From IMG/VR virus record IMGVR_UViG_3300032286_000510, positions 14,932 to 78,931 of that record: 64,000 nucleotides of DNA; one strand, written 5' to 3'. Shown here piece after piece: positions 48,301 through 57,980 of this stretch (position 1 is the stretch's first letter; each line of letters begins with the position of its first letter). This DNA comes from a virus. Made by a program: the position numbers and the translations under genes. The notes under the pieces were generated by a model. It had not been told where the DNA came from. It did no database searches and saw nothing but the letters and a program-made list of their open reading frames with translations.

Positions 48301-49671
48301 AATACAAATTTGTTAATTGTTGATGATGTGAATGGATCATTTAATACATCAAATTCTTTGACATATTATAATTCATCTGGTTCATCGTCTGGAATTGCTG
48401 CCCCAACTTCTGTCAATAATGATCCAATTAGAGATGGATATACATTGTTTTTTGATCACAGAAATCACGGAATGCATTCAAGTTCAAATAAACTAGAAGT
48501 AATTAATTTTAATAGTGATATATCTCCAACAATTCTTTCTTCATCTATTTCAGATACATCAACAACAATAACTGTAAGTAATGCTGGAATACTAACTTCA
48601 TTTGAAGGTTCTGCTATAGGTGTTGCCAATACTGGTTATTTGTTGATTGATAATGAAATAATTTCTTATAATTCTATTACTGGCAATAACATTACAATTG
48701 CGGCAAGAGCAATTGACAATAGTTTGAAGTCATCTCACGCAGCAAACTCATTAGTGTACACTTATCAATTTAATTCTGTTTCATTGAGAAAAATCAATAA
48801 CACACACAATATTGATTCAAGAGAAAAAACATTTAATAGTTATTATTTAAAATTAGCAGATACATCAAAATCATTCAAAACCACTAAATCTGGTGGCGGA
48901 AAAAATCTTGAAGTTTCCCAAAACATTCCATTTGAAGTTATTTCCCCAAGAGTGAACTCAATTACACCTTCTGGAACAAATATTACATCAAGAATTAAAA
49001 CAATTTCAGGAACTAGTATTAGTGGAAATGAATCCTCATTCGTAGATCAGGGATATGAAAATGTTTCTTTGAATAAATTAAATTATCTCAATAGTCCAAG
49101 AATTGTGGCATCAAAAGTAAATGAATATAATTTACTTTCAAATCAAAAGTCATTTGCACTCGAAATGACATTATCCACAACAAAAGAAGACGTATCTCCA
49201 TTTATTGATCTAAATACTGCCAATATTATCACAATCAGCAATTTAGTCGATGATAAAGTTGATAATTTTGAAACCGATAGTAGATGCAAAATTCCAGGAA
49301 ATGATCCAAATTCTGCAATATATGAAACTAAAAAAATATCACTGGAATTCCCATCAAACTCACTTTATGTTCAATTTGATGGACATAAACTTGCAGGAGC
49401 AGATATTAGAGTTATGTATAAACTTTACAGAAATGATAATTCGGATTTTCAACAAATTTATACTCCATTTAATACTGATGGTTCCTCAGATAAAACAGTA
49501 AATCCAAATAATAATTTAAATCAATTTAGTGAATATAAATTTACTGCTGAAAATCTGCCACAATTTAATGGTTTTATGATTAAAGTTATTATGACATCTA
49601 ATGATCAGTCAAAGCCGCCTAGAATTAAAAACTTCAGATCAATTGCCCTTCGTTCATATGCAGCAGAATGA
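42388..49671 (+). CDS. Large virion structural protein (VrlC-like / DUF4815)
   Basis: NLNVSPYFDDF...YKKVLFKPG.P.Q.RELN.LQSILQNQ; APGADR; DPLAQSF; EDLKFKL. Confidence 0.85.
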   Translation: MAQNTNLNVSPYFDDFDENKNYKKVLFKPGFPIQSRELNTLQSILQNQTEKFGKYFFKEGSVVIPGATFYDDRYFAVRIDPYFLNIPVKEYTNILASEEIEIKGETSGVTATVINKITDTESTDGFDTLYVKYKSAGIDPNIKTFIDGENLITLSDIDYSLTKISANSSFAKCIISNSTKIGSCASINEGVYFIRGYFVKVQKETIILDQYSNSPSYRIGLLINEEIISASSENPDLFDNAQGFPNESAPGADRFKISVSLHKKELTDLNDQNFIELIRVDQGILQKFVNKTELNIFKEELARRTFEESGDYYISPFAIDVRESLNDRISNRGVYYENQLTQNGNTPSDDIFVLQVSPGKAYIRGYDIDKLSTSSIDSVKPRTTKSKQNVSLPIKIGNLVRTNNVYGSPKIGFSTTYTVSLLNQRLNGNRTIGSATTIGIARVYDFNQRSVSGVSTTQYDLRLFDIQTYTSVTIGFGITASADSHIKGQYSGATGFLKNSISNGTSLTIYDTKGNFTINEPIIVNGINAGRNLTSVIDYNFTDVKSVYGIVGVSTFASDFVLDQKAKVFTETSQFTITSGTTGVSTVTSPSVSDFRSIVKVGDIVQYSRPGFSTITYNRVSNVSATNLTVVGLSTVIGVCEGGLVGSDLTVVDFDVVIPSLENASNPGYTIDVQNRYVSSINLLDSTYIARKQISKNITGSTYTFYLSDLGDNNIYFEPFKEDNYILTWETGQKEVLTNAQVSFSGNLRELTISGLSRTGNATLSCTVKRTSLSSKEKTLVRCNELIVNRSKYSGSGIGSTTFNDGLTYSSVYGTRVQDSEISLNYPDIYRILGVFESNDSNNPTLPSLTVSSQSDSFANNVKTGEQLIGNSSGALARVVYVDGSNQIRFVYENEKTFEIGETITFKTSSIIATISILIVGDRNIVRNYEFDDGYRLEYADYGRIIRASGNSEPTKKLSIIFDYYQNNESSGTVESVNSYNSLNYSKEIPSVLGVRASDYIDLRPKVSPYSTSSTLSPFSFSSRNFSGSSSESIVSNETIVVDYSYYLGRLDRLYLTKDGLFEIKKGEPSENPKLPVPNNEGFEVATISMNPYVINATNDCSIKTIPHKRYTMNDIGNLETRIKTLEDYTTLSLLETDTKNLSIKDPNTGLDKFKSGFFVDTFRNHESHNLTGDSKFDIDVENGECRPRSTERNVSLIFETKSSLANPTNSDYRWIEDFESDNITRNGVGLTLKYTEVPFIVQSLASRTENINPFHIALYAGAIELTPISDFWIEEVMLETPDVIKIDSTFGAVAELLGVENRENGGMSASYWNSHETTWTGRELIREELVASDLVSSKSSADEQYRNQIPRRRSVTTTTNVFSNDYLQTIKQTGIDKTFGLQLTAGEKNISLGNRVVGVDVLYNCRSRNIEVVGNKLKPNTRYYVFFENTDVTEYCTPKLLPITMTRGSFKTSDIVRTSAATQSVGNPKIKFRVAQLNHKFGDFKTPTVTYSTDPYTLSPLGSSYSSTSTLINLDTGDLALLVDPSRFGWVRKGSVIANESGTAEAVVNELSLKSDEKGTLIFSLFIPDPKIASNPKFTTGKNTIRITTSPTNANNLDLGESSAQTTYFATGYAQNTQEQTLSIKTPEIERKQIGSDQPITQITQNLDENRIETRTNVSDTGWYDPLAQSFLIERDKYQDGVFVTGGEVYFKTKDEVSPVTIQIRTMKDGSPTGVIVPFAETQVDPKDIPLSTDGSAATTFKFSTPVYLQSGYEYALVLVSPTSKYLTFTSRVGEEDYILGSISNKQPYMGSLFKSQNGSTWDPSQFEDLKFKLFKAKFVTNTPSSFIFYNSDLPKGKILKENPATSYSKRQYVSIANTTIAFVQGNSLTQTTSYGNIFDYGGPVGLGTTSLFVSSTGIGLTDGTFAGIGFSAITGYGSSCVATVTVSSGSVTNLNVTSGGNGYKVGDLILANQLGNTGTGVRATVGIVTNTNLLIVDDVNGSFNTSNSLTYYNSSGSSSGIAAPTSVNNDPIRDGYTLFFDHRNHGMHSSSNKLEVINFNSDISPTILSSSISDTSTTITVSNAGILTSFEGSAIGVANTGYLLIDNEIISYNSITGNNITIAARAIDNSLKSSHAANSLVYTYQFNSVSLRKINNTHNIDSREKTFNSYYLKLADTSKSFKTTKSGGGKNLEVSQNIPFEVISPRVNSITPSGTNITSRIKTISGTSISGNESSFVDQGYENVSLNKLNYLNSPRIVASKVNEYNLLSNQKSFALEMTLSTTKEDVSPFIDLNTANIITISNLVDDKVDNFETDSRCKIPGNDPNSAIYETKKISLEFPSNSLYVQFDGHKLAGADIRVMYKLYRNDNSDFQQIYTPFNTDGSSDKTVNPNNNLNQFSEYKFTAENLPQFNGFMIKVIMTSNDQSKPPRIKNFRSIALRSYAAE

Positions 49672-49892
49672 ATAATTATTTAATAGTAGAAACTGATAGA
49701 AATTTAATTAGGGATTTAAATTCTAATGCAATCATCAATAAAAATAAAAGTGAATATGATCAATTTTTAAAAATATCAGAACAAAAATATAAAGAAAAAA
49801 AAGAATTTGAAAATTTAAAAAATGAAGTCAATTCAATAAAAAGTGATTTAAGTGAAATTAAATCACTATTGACTTTTATTGTGAATAAATGA
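49668..49892 (+). CDS. Conserved cyanophage coiled-coil protein
   Basis: L.RD..SNAIIN motif; ATGA coupling. Confidence 0.75.
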   Translation: MNNYLIVETDRNLIRDLNSNAIINKNKSEYDQFLKISEQKYKEKKEFENLKNEVNSIKSDLSEIKSLLTFIVNK

Positions 49893-49931
49893 TTTATAAA
49901 TATCTTAAGAAAGAACTATCTCGGCATAATA

Positions 49932-50276
49932 ATGGCAGCTTCTTATGTTAGTAATATAGTAATTAATGGAGGGGCTGATTTTAATCAAACATTTGATTTT
50001 GAAACTACTGAAAATACTCCATTAAATTTAACTGGGTATACTGCATACTCTTCCATTAAAAAAAGTCCAGCATCATCAAAAACTGCTGCAAATTTTTCCA
50101 TTATATTTGAAAATAGAATTTATGGGAAATTAACTATTTCTTTGGGTTCTACTATAACATCTACTTTAAAACCTGGAAGATATTCCTATGATATTTTATT
50201 AGTTAGTTCAACTTCAACTAAGACGAGAGTCGTGGAAGGAAGTGCGATTGTTACTGCGGGCATTACCACGGTATAA
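49932..50276 (+). CDS. Virion structural protein
   Basis: NIVI..GADF.QTF, LKPGRY.YDILL, RVVEG; late promoter 49895. Confidence 0.75.
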   Translation: MAASYVSNIVINGGADFNQTFDFETTENTPLNLTGYTAYSSIKKSPASSKTAANFSIIFENRIYGKLTISLGSTITSTLKPGRYSYDILLVSSTSTKTRVVEGSAIVTAGITTV

Positions 50277-50278
50277 AA

Positions 50279-50914
50279 ATGGCAGATATAAGAGTAAGAC
50301 TTGGTTCAGAAAACGCAATTAGAGTTCCTGCTACATCTATTGTAGCAGGAGGAAAATTATATCAACTTTCTGATGTTGATGTAAATAATGGTCAAGTTGG
50401 TGGAATGATTTTAGTATTCAATTCCACCACATTAAAATGGGAAGCAACTAGCAATCCAGTTTTAGTTGGATCATTGACTGTAAACGGGAATACTACACTT
50501 GGGCAAGTAAGTACAAATTTAAACACTTTTATTGGAATATCTTCTTTTTTGGGGAAGGTAAATATCGCTGGTTCTATTACAAATGCTGGTGGTGCAATAT
50601 TTGATAGTGTCAAAATTGATTCAAATATAATTTCATCTTTACCTGGATCTGGAGATACTTTATATATTGATCCCTATCCAATCGGAATAAACACCGGAGG
50701 TAAGGTAATAATTAAAGGAGATCTTCAAATTTATGGAGATACTACTTTTTCTGGAATTAGCACTAGAGGATCTGCGTATTTTAATTCTGCTGGCAAATTA
50801 ATTAGTACTAATTCTCCAGAAGTTGGATATGCGTCCACTTCAAATTATATTTTGACAACAGATAATTCAAATGTTCCGGTTTGGACAAACACAATAGATG
50901 GAGGGCAATATTAA
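50279..50914 (+). CDS. Short tail-fibre-related protein
   Basis: LSDVD, IKGDLQI.G, PVWTNTIDGGQY C-terminus. Confidence 0.6.
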   Translation: MADIRVRLGSENAIRVPATSIVAGGKLYQLSDVDVNNGQVGGMILVFNSTTLKWEATSNPVLVGSLTVNGNTTLGQVSTNLNTFIGISSFLGKVNIAGSITNAGGAIFDSVKIDSNIISSLPGSGDTLYIDPYPIGINTGGKVIIKGDLQIYGDTTFSGISTRGSAYFNSAGKLISTNSPEVGYASTSNYILTTDNSNVPVWTNTIDGGQY

Positions 50915-50915
50915 A

Positions 50916-51107
50916 ATGAATAATGAAAATGATATTGATGTAACAATTCTAATCAATACATATTCGCAAAAAATATCTTCACTTTCAATTGAAAATATTG
51001 TATTAGAATCAAAAATTCAATCTTTAATTAAAGATTTTGAAAAAGAAAGATGTGAGTTATTAGAAAAAATAAAAGAATTACAAGAAGAAACTACTGATAA
51101 ATATTAA
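50916..51107 (+). CDS. Small coiled-coil protein
   Basis: ORF upstream of gp13. Confidence 0.6.
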   Translation: MNNENDIDVTILINTYSQKISSLSIENIVLESKIQSLIKDFEKERCELLEKIKELQEETTDKY

Positions 51108-51125
51108 AAGGAAGGTATTCAAATA

Positions 51126-51941
51126 ATGGCACAACCATCATCTCGTCAAGGATTAATTGATTATTGTCTAAGAAAACTTGGTTATCCCGTTCTAGAAATT
51201 AATATTGAAGATGATCAAATTGATGATTTGGTAGATGATGCCATTCAATATTTCAATGAAAGACATTATGATGGTATCGAAAAAGTATTTTTAAAACATA
51301 AATTAGATCAAACACAATTAGATACAATAAGAACTGGCGTCACAACTTCAACTGCAACATCGGCAGTAGGAATAACAACTGTAGCATACACAGAGACAAA
51401 TAACTTTTTACAATTACCAGATCACGTAATTGGTGTAAATAATGTATTTAAAGTAGATTCTAGTACAATATCTAGTGGTCTATTTAATATCAAATATCAA
51501 TTATTTTTGAACGATTTGTATTACTATGGAGCACTTGATCTATTAAACTATGCGATGGTAAAAACATATCTTGAAGATTTGAGTAGAATTATTACTCCAG
51601 ACATTCAAATTAGATTTAATAAAAAAAATCATAGACTATATTTAGATATTGATTGGAGTCAAATGGGTCCAAATAATTATTTAATTTTTGATTGTTATAG
51701 ACTAGTAGATCCTTCAGATGCGCCAAGCATTTATAATGATTGGTGGTTGAAAAAATATTTAACTGCTTTGATGAAGAGGCAATGGGGGATCAATTTAAGT
51801 AAGTTTCAAGGAGTATCTCTTCCTGGTGGTATTCAATTTAATGGAGAAAGAATTTTAAATGATGGAATAAGAGAAGTTGAAGAAGCAGAAAAACAACTCA
51901 AAGATGAATATGAAACTCCACCAATGGATATGATAGGATAA
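51126..51941 (+). CDS. gp13: Neck protein gp13
   Basis: LIDYCLRKLGYPVLEINI; KRQWG.NLSKF.GV.LPGG. Confidence 0.95.
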   Translation: MAQPSSRQGLIDYCLRKLGYPVLEINIEDDQIDDLVDDAIQYFNERHYDGIEKVFLKHKLDQTQLDTIRTGVTTSTATSAVGITTVAYTETNNFLQLPDHVIGVNNVFKVDSSTISSGLFNIKYQLFLNDLYYYGALDLLNYAMVKTYLEDLSRIITPDIQIRFNKKNHRLYLDIDWSQMGPNNYLIFDCYRLVDPSDAPSIYNDWWLKKYLTALMKRQWGINLSKFQGVSLPGGIQFNGERILNDGIREVEEAEKQLKDEYETPPMDMIG

Positions 51942-51945
51942 TACT

Positions 51946-53361
51946 ATGTCTCCACTTAATCCTTATTTTTTAAATGGAACTGTCGGTGAGCAAAGATTAG
52001 TGCAAGATTTAATCAATGAACAGTTAAAGATGTTTGGACAAGATGTTGTCTATATGCCCAGAAAAATAGTAAATAAAAGTAATATATTAAAAGAAGTAAC
52101 TGTATCTAAATTTGATGATTCATATAGATTGGAAGCTTACGTAATGAATTATCAAGGTTTTGGGGGAAGAGGAGATATACTATCAAAATTTGGTGTTCAA
52201 ACTACTGATGAATTAACTTTAATTATATCAAGAGAAAGATACGAAGATTTTGTATCTGCTTTTATTGCAAACAGTGAAGAAATAGAAGTATCCACAAGAC
52301 CTGAAGAAGGTGATATAATTTATTTACCTTTAGATAATACAATATTTGAAATTAAATATGTAGAAGCAAAGTCTCCATTCTACCAATTAAATAATCTTTA
52401 TGTTTATGAATTGAGATGTGAGGTATTTGATTATGAAGCAGATGAAAATATTAATACTGGCATTAGTGAAGTCGATGAGTCAGTAAAAGATTTTGGGTAT
52501 ATTACAACTTTAAATATGGTTAAATCTGATGCTGCACCAGCATCTGCAATTGTAATACTTGCATCCAGTCTTGCGCCAGTAACTGGTGGTTCAGTTTCTA
52601 AAATTGATCTGATTAATGACGGTACTGGTTATTTAACAACTCCAACTATTTCTATTTCTCCTGCAATTTCTGGAGGAGTAAACGCAACTGCGGTTGCAAT
52701 TATGACAAGTCGTTCAAATCAAACTGGAAAATCAATTGATAGGATATTAATAACAAATCCAGGAATTGGTTATACAGTTACGCCATCAGTTACAATTTTA
52801 AGTTCAAATGGTTCTGGAGCAATAGCAACAGCAATTGTATCTTCTGGTTCTCTTGGTACATTTGAATTTATTAACAATGGTGTGGGGTATTCTACTAATC
52901 CTATAGTATCAATATCAACAGCACCTTTTGGCGGAATAAACGCAAAAGCAGAATCCGTAATCAATTCTCTAGGAATAGTAACTGCCATTAGATATAGTAA
53001 TGCCGGATCTGGATATACGACAATACCTTCAATTTCTTTCTCTTCACCTGTTGGAATTTCTACTGGAAATTATGTATTCAATGAGATAGTTAAAGGTGTT
53101 TCTACCGGAACAACTGCACACGTTGCTGATTGGGATTACGATACAAGAATACTTAAAGTCAAAATAACAAATGGATCTTTTGCTTTAGGCGAATCTATAA
53201 TTGGTATGGGGACAAATTATGGCGGTTCAAATTCAAATTATAAACTTCTTTCAGTTAATACACAAGATGAATATGATCCATATGCAGAGAACATTCCTAT
53301 TGAATCAGAAGCAGATGAATTTTTGGATTTTAGTGAGCGCAACCCCTTTGGAGATTTTTAA
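51946..53361 (+). CDS. gp14: Neck protein gp14 (with Gly/Thr-rich insertion)
   Basis: EQRLVQDLINEQLKMFG.DV.Y.PR; PFYQL...YVY.LRCE; FSERNPFG. Confidence 0.92.
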   Translation: MSPLNPYFLNGTVGEQRLVQDLINEQLKMFGQDVVYMPRKIVNKSNILKEVTVSKFDDSYRLEAYVMNYQGFGGRGDILSKFGVQTTDELTLIISRERYEDFVSAFIANSEEIEVSTRPEEGDIIYLPLDNTIFEIKYVEAKSPFYQLNNLYVYELRCEVFDYEADENINTGISEVDESVKDFGYITTLNMVKSDAAPASAIVILASSLAPVTGGSVSKIDLINDGTGYLTTPTISISPAISGGVNATAVAIMTSRSNQTGKSIDRILITNPGIGYTVTPSVTILSSNGSGAIATAIVSSGSLGTFEFINNGVGYSTNPIVSISTAPFGGINAKAESVINSLGIVTAIRYSNAGSGYTTIPSISFSSPVGISTGNYVFNEIVKGVSTGTTAHVADWDYDTRILKVKITNGSFALGESIIGMGTNYGGSNSNYKLLSVNTQDEYDPYAENIPIESEADEFLDFSERNPFGDF

Positions 53362-53390
53362 ATCTAAATAATTAATAAAAGGACATTATT

Positions 53391-54443
53391 ATGTTAGGAG
53401 AATACTATTATCACGAAATAGTCAAAAAAACCATAATTGCGTTTGGAACTTTATTTAATAATATTAACATAAAGCACAAAAATCAAGATGGTAGCGATTA
53501 TAGTACAATAAAAGTTCCTATTGCATATGGTCCAGTAGAGAAGTTTACGGCAAGATTAGAACAAAAACCAGATTTAAGAAACAGGGTTTCTATTGTTCTA
53601 CCAAGATTGGCATTTGAAATGACTAGTATTCAATATGACAATACTAGAAAAGTTTCTACTATGCAAACTTTCAAAGCATTAAGTTCTACAGACAATCAGG
53701 TAGTAAAGAAAGTTTTTATGCCTGCTCCATATAATATTGGCATTCAACTTTCGATTATGACCCAATATAATGATGATGCGTTACAAATCATTGAGCAAAT
53801 TCTTCCATATTTTCAACCATCTTTCAATTTAACAATAAATTTGGTTTCATCCATAGGAGAAAAAAGGGATATTCCTATGATACTTGAAAATATCAATTTT
53901 AAAGATAATTATGATAGTGGTTATGAAGAAAAAAGAATTATAATTTATGATTTGAGTTTTACTGCCAAAACTTATTTATTTGGTCCTATTCCAGACAATA
54001 CGGAAGGATTTATCAAAAAAGTTCAGGTGGACTATTACTCAGATACAGACACCAAAAATGCATCTAGACAACTTCGCTATATTGCGGAACCAAGAGCAAT
54101 TAAAGATTATAATGAAGACAGCACAACTTCTCTTGCACAAGATGTAGATGATAAAATTACTAAATTTATAGTGAATGATGCAACTTCTCTTATAGAAGAT
54201 ACATATATACAAATTGATGATGAAGAAATGTATATTAAATCTATATCGGGGAATACTATTACAGTATTGAGAGGTAGGGATGATTCTTCTGTAGTTTCAC
54301 ATTTAAATGGTTCATCTGTAAATCTCATCAATGCTGCAGATGATAATTTGATTGAACAAACAGATGATTTTGGGTTTGACGAATATCGTTTTGATTATGG
54401 TGATGGTAAAATTTATAGTCCTTCTAAAGGTATTGACGTATGA
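53391..54443 (+). CDS. gp15: Tail sheath stabilizer/terminator gp15
   Basis: YYHE...KTIIAFGTLFNNI; VPIAYGP; QIIEQILPYFQP. Confidence 0.93.
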   Translation: MLGEYYYHEIVKKTIIAFGTLFNNINIKHKNQDGSDYSTIKVPIAYGPVEKFTARLEQKPDLRNRVSIVLPRLAFEMTSIQYDNTRKVSTMQTFKALSSTDNQVVKKVFMPAPYNIGIQLSIMTQYNDDALQIIEQILPYFQPSFNLTINLVSSIGEKRDIPMILENINFKDNYDSGYEEKRIIIYDLSFTAKTYLFGPIPDNTEGFIKKVQVDYYSDTDTKNASRQLRYIAEPRAIKDYNEDSTTSLAQDVDDKITKFIVNDATSLIEDTYIQIDDEEMYIKSISGNTITVLRGRDDSSVVSHLNGSSVNLINAADDNLIEQTDDFGFDEYRFDYGDGKIYSPSKGIDV

Positions 54444-54862
54444 ATAACAAATTTGACGACATAAATGAAGCATTGGATATAGAAGCAACTCCAATAGAAA
54501 AAGAAATTGTAAAAAGATCTTCATCAAAATTATCTAGACCAATAGATAAAAATGATTTAGATGCTGATTATGAATATGCAAGAGGGCACTATTATGCTTT
54601 ATTGGAAAAGGGACAAGAAGCAATTGATAGTATATTAGAACTAGCACAAAGTTCAGAAAAAGCAAGGGATTTTGAAGTTGCTCTTCAGGGAATTAAAAGT
54701 ATGGCCGATGTGGTAGATAAACTTATGGAATTACAGCAAAAAAATAAAAAAATAAGAGAAGAAGATAAATCTAATCCAAAGAATGTTACGAATGCACTTT
54801 TTATTGGTTCTACTGCAGAATTGCAAAAATTACTCAAGAAAGGAATCATAGATTCTAAATAG
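54440..54862 (+). CDS. gp16: Terminase small subunit gp16
   Basis: DYEYAR...Y.LLEKGQEAI; NVTNALFIGSTAELQKLLK. Confidence 0.92.
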   Translation: MNNKFDDINEALDIEATPIEKEIVKRSSSKLSRPIDKNDLDADYEYARGHYYALLEKGQEAIDSILELAQSSEKARDFEVALQGIKSMADVVDKLMELQQKNKKIREEDKSNPKNVTNALFIGSTAELQKLLKKGIIDSK

Positions 54863-54876
54863 TTAGAAAGTTTTAT

Positions 54877-56049
54877 ATGAAAAATTTTAAAGAGTTTATA
54901 GATGAAACTAAAGTAATAAAATTAAAATCACATAAAACTGTAGACGAAATAGCAAAAAAACACAGACTTGATATTTCTTTTATACAAAATCAACTTGAGA
55001 TGGGAATACCAATCGAGCACGAACATACTCGTGATAAAGTTTTAGCAACTGATATTGCTTTGCAGCATTTGAATGAAATTCCAGATTATTATACTCGTCT
55101 GAAAAAAATGGAGGCATCTGCAAAGAAAGAGCACAAAAAATTTAAAGATGTGGTAGAAGAAAAAGAGGAAAAAAGATATTGCAATCTCTGTAAAAAAGAA
55201 GAATCGCAAAAAGAATGTAAATATGGTCCTGTTATGTGGAATATAAACACGGGAGGATTGACACAAAATCAAATTAAATTTAATACCACTAGAATACATC
55301 CTGCAAATGAATCAGTGACCATTGAAGATGTAAATGGCAATACTTTTTTGGAAGTTATTGATTTAATTAAACCAGAAAAAATGAAAGGCGTTAGTGAAGA
55401 AACAAAATCTGGTGATTCATCTCTCCATGATTGGTTTTCAAAAAGCAAATCAAGTGATGGAAAACCAGGATGGGTTCAGTTAGGAGGTAGATACGCAGGC
55501 AAACCTTGTGCCAAACAACCAGGACAAAATACTAAACCAAAATGTGGTTCATCAAAAATGTCTGCAAATATGTCCGATGAGGAAGAAGATGCAGCAGCAA
55601 GAAGAAAAAGAAAAGAAGACCCAAATCCAGAAAGAAGTGGGAAAGCAAAAAATGTTGCAACTGAAGAATTTGTAAATGAAGATGCTTGTAAAGAAAAAGT
55701 AAAATCTAGATATAAAATATGGCCTTCTGCTTATGCATCTGGGGCAGTTGTTAAATGCCGTAAAGTTGGTGCGGCAAACTGGGGAAATAAGACAGAAAAA
55801 AATAATGTCTCGGAAAACTATCTGAGGATACAGACTCGCGGAACAACTTATAGTATAGTTCTCAATTGGAGAGGTAAATATATTACAACTCAAATGTTCT
55901 TCCAACAATTTACTAGACCAACAAAATTAGAAGTAACAAGAGAAGTTAGAAAAGTTTATCCAAATGCGATTGTATTAGCATTCAATCCATCATTAAAAGA
56001 TCCAACAAAACCATTATTATTTACAGGACAAACTAATGAACCCAGATAA
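54877..56049 (+). CDS. Mosaic late hypothetical protein (DUF5661-like segment)
   Basis: MGIPIEHEHT...IALQHL.EIPDYYTRLKKME; DACK.KVKSRY.IWPSAYASGA; CTAAATA upstream. Confidence 0.7.
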   Translation: MKNFKEFIDETKVIKLKSHKTVDEIAKKHRLDISFIQNQLEMGIPIEHEHTRDKVLATDIALQHLNEIPDYYTRLKKMEASAKKEHKKFKDVVEEKEEKRYCNLCKKEESQKECKYGPVMWNINTGGLTQNQIKFNTTRIHPANESVTIEDVNGNTFLEVIDLIKPEKMKGVSEETKSGDSSLHDWFSKSKSSDGKPGWVQLGGRYAGKPCAKQPGQNTKPKCGSSKMSANMSDEEEDAAARRKRKEDPNPERSGKAKNVATEEFVNEDACKEKVKSRYKIWPSAYASGAVVKCRKVGAANWGNKTEKNNVSENYLRIQTRGTTYSIVLNWRGKYITTQMFFQQFTRPTKLEVTREVRKVYPNAIVLAFNPSLKDPTKPLLFTGQTNEPR

Positions 56050-56224
56050 TATTGAACTTGACAATTTAAGTAAAATTTTTGAATATGAAAAAATATCAAG
56101 AGAATTAGAATCTTGCACTAATATTGATTTACTAAAAAATATTTGTAGGTGCTACGTGAAACTTTATTTTAAGCAACAGGAAACACTAACACTATTGAAT
56201 ATAAAAGAATTTGAGGTAAAATAA
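56036..56224 (+). CDS. NblA-like phycobilisome degradation protein (putative)
   Basis: 62 aa helix-loop-helix; L...FEY.K..RE....... L......VKLY..QQE pattern similar to NblA. Confidence 0.55.
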   Translation: MNPDNIELDNLSKIFEYEKISRELESCTNIDLLKNICRCYVKLYFKQQETLTLLNIKEFEVK

Positions 56225-56226
56225 GT

Positions 56227-57924
56227 ATGAGCAGTGGTGATCAGTATCTGGGCAATCCTTTATTAAAAAAAGCGAATACGCCAATAGAGTTTACTAAGGA
56301 TAATATTGAACAATACATAAAATGTAAAGAAGATCCTGTATATTTTGCAAGAAATTATATAAAAATTGTTTCTCTTGATCATGGTCTTGTATCATTTAAT
56401 ATGTATAAGTTTCAAGAAAAACTTATCAGTAATTTCCATGATCATAGATTTAATATATGTAAAATGCCAAGGCAGTCTGGAAAATCCACTACTGTAGTTT
56501 CCTATTTGCTCCATTACGCAATATTTAATGATAATGTCAATATTGCAATTCTTGCCAATAAAGCGTCTACTGCCAGAGACCTTCTTGGGAGACTTCAATT
56601 AGCATACGAAAATCTTCCTAAATGGATGCAGCAAGGAGTTCTGATATGGAACAAAGGTTCACTAGAACTTGAGAACGGTTCCAAGATTGTTGCTGCTTCT
56701 ACTAGTGCATCTGCTGTTCGTGGTGGATCATATAATATTGTATTTTTGGACGAATTTGCGTTCGTTCCAAATAATGTCGCGGAAGAATTTTTTAGTTCAG
56801 TGTATCCTGTTATATCATCTGGTAAATCTACCAAGATGATTATTGTTTCTACCCCTCACGGGATGAATCATTTTTATAAAATTTGGCACGATGCGGAAAG
56901 AAAAAAGAACGAATATATATCAACCGAAGTTCATTGGAGTGACGTTCCTGGTAGAGATGAGGAATGGAGGCGCCAAACAATAGCAAATACCAGCGAACAA
57001 CAATTTGCAGTTGAATTTGAGTGCGAATTTCTTGGTTCTGTTGGAACTTTAATCAATGCATCAAAATTGAGAAACTTAGTTTATGACGATCCAATAGAAA
57101 GAAGTGGAGGATTGGATGTATACGAAGAACCACAAGAAGATCACACTTATATAATGACTGTGGATGTTTCGAGGGGATTAAATAATGATTACTCTGCCTT
57201 TGTTGTTTTTGATATAACTACGTTTCCATATAGAATAGTTTCAAAATATAGAAATAATGAAATTAAACCTATGCTTTTTCCAAATATTATTTTGGACGTA
57301 GCAAAAGCATATAATAAAGCATTTGTTTTAGCGGAAGTTAATGATATTGGAGAGCAAGTAACAAGTATTTTACATTTTGATTTAGAATATGATAATATTC
57401 TAATGTGTGCAATGAGAGGTAGAGCAGGACAATTAGTTGGGCAAGGATTTTCTGGAAAGAAAACTCAATTGGGCGTTAAAATGTCCAAAACAGTAAAGAA
57501 AGTTGGTTGCTCCAATTTAAAAACGATTGTAGAAGATGATAAATTAATATTCAATGATTATGATATCATTAGCGAACTTACAACCTTTATCCAAAAAAAT
57601 CAATCATTTGAAGCAGAAGAAGGATCAAATGATGATTTGGTAATGTGTTTAGTTATCTTTGCTTGGTTGGTTGTCCAGGATTATTTCAAGGAGATGACCG
57701 AAAATGATGTTCGCAAAAGAATATATGAAGACCAAAAAGAACAAATAGAACAAGATATGTCTCCTTTTGGATTCATTACTGATGGTCTAAATAATGAAAA
57801 TACCTTTGTTGATACTGAAGGAGATACTTGGAAAGTTATTGGTGGCAATCAAGTTCAAGGTGATGAAAATGGGTGGCACCTTGATGAGTATGGGGATAGT
57901 TCATATATGTGGGAATATAGGTAA
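56227..57924 (+). CDS. gp17: Terminase large subunit gp17
   Basis: YLGNPLLKKAN; PRQSGKST Walker A; FLDEFAF Walker B; DDLVMCLV nuclease motif. Confidence 0.97.
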   Translation: MSSGDQYLGNPLLKKANTPIEFTKDNIEQYIKCKEDPVYFARNYIKIVSLDHGLVSFNMYKFQEKLISNFHDHRFNICKMPRQSGKSTTVVSYLLHYAIFNDNVNIAILANKASTARDLLGRLQLAYENLPKWMQQGVLIWNKGSLELENGSKIVAASTSASAVRGGSYNIVFLDEFAFVPNNVAEEFFSSVYPVISSGKSTKMIIVSTPHGMNHFYKIWHDAERKKNEYISTEVHWSDVPGRDEEWRRQTIANTSEQQFAVEFECEFLGSVGTLINASKLRNLVYDDPIERSGGLDVYEEPQEDHTYIMTVDVSRGLNNDYSAFVVFDITTFPYRIVSKYRNNEIKPMLFPNIILDVAKAYNKAFVLAEVNDIGEQVTSILHFDLEYDNILMCAMRGRAGQLVGQGFSGKKTQLGVKMSKTVKKVGCSNLKTIVEDDKLIFNDYDIISELTTFIQKNQSFEAEEGSNDDLVMCLVIFAWLVVQDYFKEMTENDVRKRIYEDQKEQIEQDMSPFGFITDGLNNENTFVDTEGDTWKVIGGNQVQGDENGWHLDEYGDSSYMWEYR

Positions 57925-57980
57925 GTTTAGCAATTTATAAATACTTCTAGACAAAATGAAACTTCTTTAGAGGGAAAGAC

